Positions 61,562 through 64,000 of a stretch of DNA of 64,000 bases are shown one piece after another (the stretch's first letter is position 1; each line of letters starts with the position of its first letter). The DNA is from Podarcis muralis (Eukaryota), in the NCBI RefSeq assembly GCF_964188315.1, contig NC_135668.1:14260001-14324000 (forward strand), read 5' to 3'. The notes beneath the pieces were generated by a model. The model was not told the DNA's origin. It saw only the letters and a list, made by a program, of their open reading frames with translations, and did no database searches. The position numbers and the translations under genes were made by a program.

Positions 61562-61714
61562 GAAAGAGAAACTTTACAGAAGCAGCTGGATGAGGCAAAT
61601 CGGGAAGCGCAGAAGTACCGCCAGCAGCTTCTGAAGAAAGAGCAGGAGGCGGAAGCCTATAGGCAGAAGTTGGAGGCAATGACCCGCCTCCAGACTAACA
61701 AAGAAGCTGTCTGA
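61562..61714 (+). CDS. GABPB1: GABPB1 exon 9 coding part (beta1L leucine-zipper tail, [50 protein letters not shown])
   Basis: 153 nt including TGA; acceptor gttttaacag. Confidence 0.97.
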   Translation, partial: ERETLQKQLDEANREAQKYRQQLLKKEQEAEAYRQKLEAMTRLQTNKEAV

Positions 61715-62480
61715 ATGGTTGAAGCGAGCATTCTGTCAAGCCAGTTTTAGAAAACAGCAGTACAATCTGGACCTGCGTGTCGCATCAGCCGCAGCCCCGG
61801 GATTTATATGCTAGAGAAGATGCTACAGGTTTGAAACTGGACTTAAGCCATGAGTTCTGGTGAATTTCTTGTATAATAAGTAAACTCAGAATTTAGACAT
61901 TTTGTGCAAAAAAGAAAAAAAATATTTAAAAAGAAATACTGTAAATAGTTGTTTTTTTACAGTTCCAAAATTAGTTGCTGAATCTTTTTGAAGGGATCCA
62001 CAAACATGCAAAGGCAATGTTTTTGAGACCTTTTTGATTTTAGTACAAAACTGCTGAAATACAGAACAGTTTTAAGGGTGATAACTGTTGATTTGAACTG
62101 ACGGTGTGAAAATGAATTATGTGATGGAACCAGTCCCGAAGGCTAGCAACTTAGACTTCTGAGTTCATACATCTCCTCATGGAAATCCTTTGTACAGCTT
62201 TAAGTAGTTGTCCAGAGTCTCTGAACCCTGCCCCTCCCTTTTTTATTTAGAAAAAGTGTAATTTTTTATATTTAATTACTGTTATATTCAAGTAGATTGA
62301 CATGTATATGAAGCTGATATTTTTTAAACTTTTCAGTTTGTACATATGCTGCATGTTTATATCTATATATATATCTATATATAGTTATATAGATATATAA
62401 TTTCTACATACAACTTACAGAAGTATTTTTCAGGAAAGAAGAATGAAAATTATGAGAAAAAATGTCTAATCTATAGGTCA
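61715..62480 (+). other. GABPB1: GABPB1 long-isoform 3' UTR (end undefined)
   Basis: AU-rich sequence after the stop; TGTAAATA 61940 and TGTACATA 62339; I found no AATAAA/ATTAAA downstream. Confidence 0.55.
62361..62400. repeat. (TA)-rich quasi-palindromic repeat in the GABPB1 3' UTR
   Basis: atctatatatatatctatatatagttatatagatatataa. Confidence 0.75.
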
Positions 62481-62597
62481 TGGGTGGGGAGAGAGAAGCA
62501 AGATGGTGGTTTGTTGTTGTTTTATGCGAGTCCCATTTCTTGATGAAATGTAACTTGAGAGAAGAGAAAGAAAACCAAGACAGGTTTGTATGTAAAC

Positions 62598-62741
62598 CAG
62601 CCTTCGCGCCAACCTGGTGCCTTCGGATTGTTTTTGGATCACAACTCCTATCACTGCCAGCCAGCTTGACTGTGCTCCTTGGGGCTGATGGGAGTTGTAG
62701 TTCAGAAACATACTGAGGTCACCAGGTTGGCGCGAAGGCTG
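62598..62741. mobile_element. Short hAT MITE with perfect 22-bp TIRs
   Basis: cagccttcgcgccaacctggtg / caccaggttggcgcgaaggctg; flanks atgtaaac/atgtaata. Confidence 0.85.
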
Positions 62742-64000
62742 ATGTAATATATGGATTATTTGAAATGTATTCTACGCGGAGCATGAAATCACATTTCTAG
62801 CGCGTCTAGCAAATCTGGGCCACAAATCCACAGGTGGAGACCAAGTTGCAAAGCAGTCCAGTTAACTTTCCCTCTCCTCCTATGCTGCCACCTTAACTTT
62901 GCAGGCTCTTCACTTTTCTTCACTTCCAAGCATTACAAAGAAGGTGGCTGCGATTGTTCTTTGCGATGGGTGGAGAGGGGTTGCGGAGTCCACTTTAAAG
63001 AACCTATAGGTGAATGACACAGAGCTGTACGGTATAACATGATTCTTATCGACCAAAAGCAAACCCGAATGAGCTGAGCTCTTTGAAAACCTTTGACGAT
63101 ATCTATGCATGCAGGTGTCTCTATAGCAAAAGGTGGTTATCGCATGAGCTGCACAAATTTCCGAAGAGGGTGGAGTTATTTGACAGGAAAGAGTCCAGAT
63201 TTACAACGGCATATAGCAATTCACTTATTTGTATGTAACACGGGCACAGAAGGAACTTGGCTCAAGCTGAACTCGAGCTATTGCCTATCTGGTGCAGTAG
63301 GAGCATAGAGGTTGCACAGTGGAGGAGAAAAGGTTAAATTGGAACCATAGAGAGAGCTGCTGCCCACATTGTCGCTCCGCTCTCGTCTTTCAGGACTGTG
63401 ACTTTCTTGTAATAACAGTATAAAGAAATATAGGAACGCTGGGTGCAATAGCAGGGCTCTTCTCCTCTGCAAGCCCCTTCAAATTAACGCAAGAATGCAG
63501 AAGATGGAACTCTTGAGCAGCTTGGATTCACTTTACGTAGAAACCACACAGGTGAAGCCCCATGTTCTTGCATTCTCTCTGCTCTTGCAATCTCTGTTCT
63601 TGCTTGTTTCAGTGGAGCTTGCAAAGGGAAACTTTTGAATTCGGATTTCTTCACTTAAGATCTACAGTTGAGCAACAACATAAATATATACGATGAGTTG
63701 ATACTGTTGTTGCCTACAGTTATTTCTGATGGCTAGGATTATGTTTGAATTTGTGCAGTCATCAAAGATAAGATACATAGCACTTCCAGTGTACAACACT
63801 GTATCTTTTTGAAGCTTTGTAATATCAAGAAATAGGTGGCAGCCCTAAATCACTTGGGAAGGAATCAGCACTTGGTCCCAGGAACTGGGGTTGAAGGGGA
63901 AATAGATGTAATCTCACATACCAAGGACCTCACAACTCAAGTCTGCTTTACACATGCAGCAAGAATGAGAGGTAGAACAGACTGTACCACTTCCGGTTGC

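Larger units (their letters stand above)
41000..61714 (+). other. GABPB1: GABPB1 gene (GA-binding protein beta 1), complete coding region
   Basis: 8 coding exons total 1188 nt (395 aa plus stop): ankyrin repeats, PPVKRQC NLS-like motif and C-terminal leucine-zipper-like exon. TSS approximate. Confidence 0.97.

Noticed and set aside
62750-64000. HDC exon 1 (syntenic neighbour in human, recalled)
   Set aside because: No MEPEEY-like start found in this window.
1-64000. CRISPR array, operon, phage or other prokaryotic system
   Set aside because: Spliced vertebrate genes and eukaryotic TEs account for the sequence. Repeats are dispersed or microsatellites, not repeat-spacer arrays.

Overview
Vertebrate genomic DNA from a squamate reptile, most likely a lacertid lizard (inferred from about 11 Sauria SINE copies and other squamate-type repeats). 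The window holds two divergently transcribed genes about 9.5 kb apart, each with its own CpG island. USP8 (minus strand) is present as non-coding exon 1 (~31105-31300) and 15 coding exons (23650 down to 1697, 897 codons); its last catalytic-domain exons lie beyond the left edge. GABPB1 (plus strand) is complete: exon 1 near 41.0-41.5 kb and 8 coding exons from 47996 to 61714 (395 aa), with the alternative splice/polyadenylation signals that would give 395/383/360/348-aa isoforms. All exon boundaries were read by hand, are GT-AG and preserve frame. Introns and the intergenic gap are dense in Sauria SINEs, L2/CR1/L1/RTE LINE fragments and Tc1/mariner and hAT MITEs, with several multi-level nests. 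There are no prokaryotic features, CRISPR arrays or intact RNA genes. Best candidates for something new: (1) a hAT MITE in GABPB1 intron 7 that appears to carry a captured promoter plus first exon; (2) two competing GABPB1 exon-1 donors that switch upstream ATGs between an in-frame N-terminal extension and an overlapping uORF; (3) a spliced uORF in USP8; (4) a SINE inserted 12 nt into a USP8 intron. No searches were run; family names and human comparisons are from memory.
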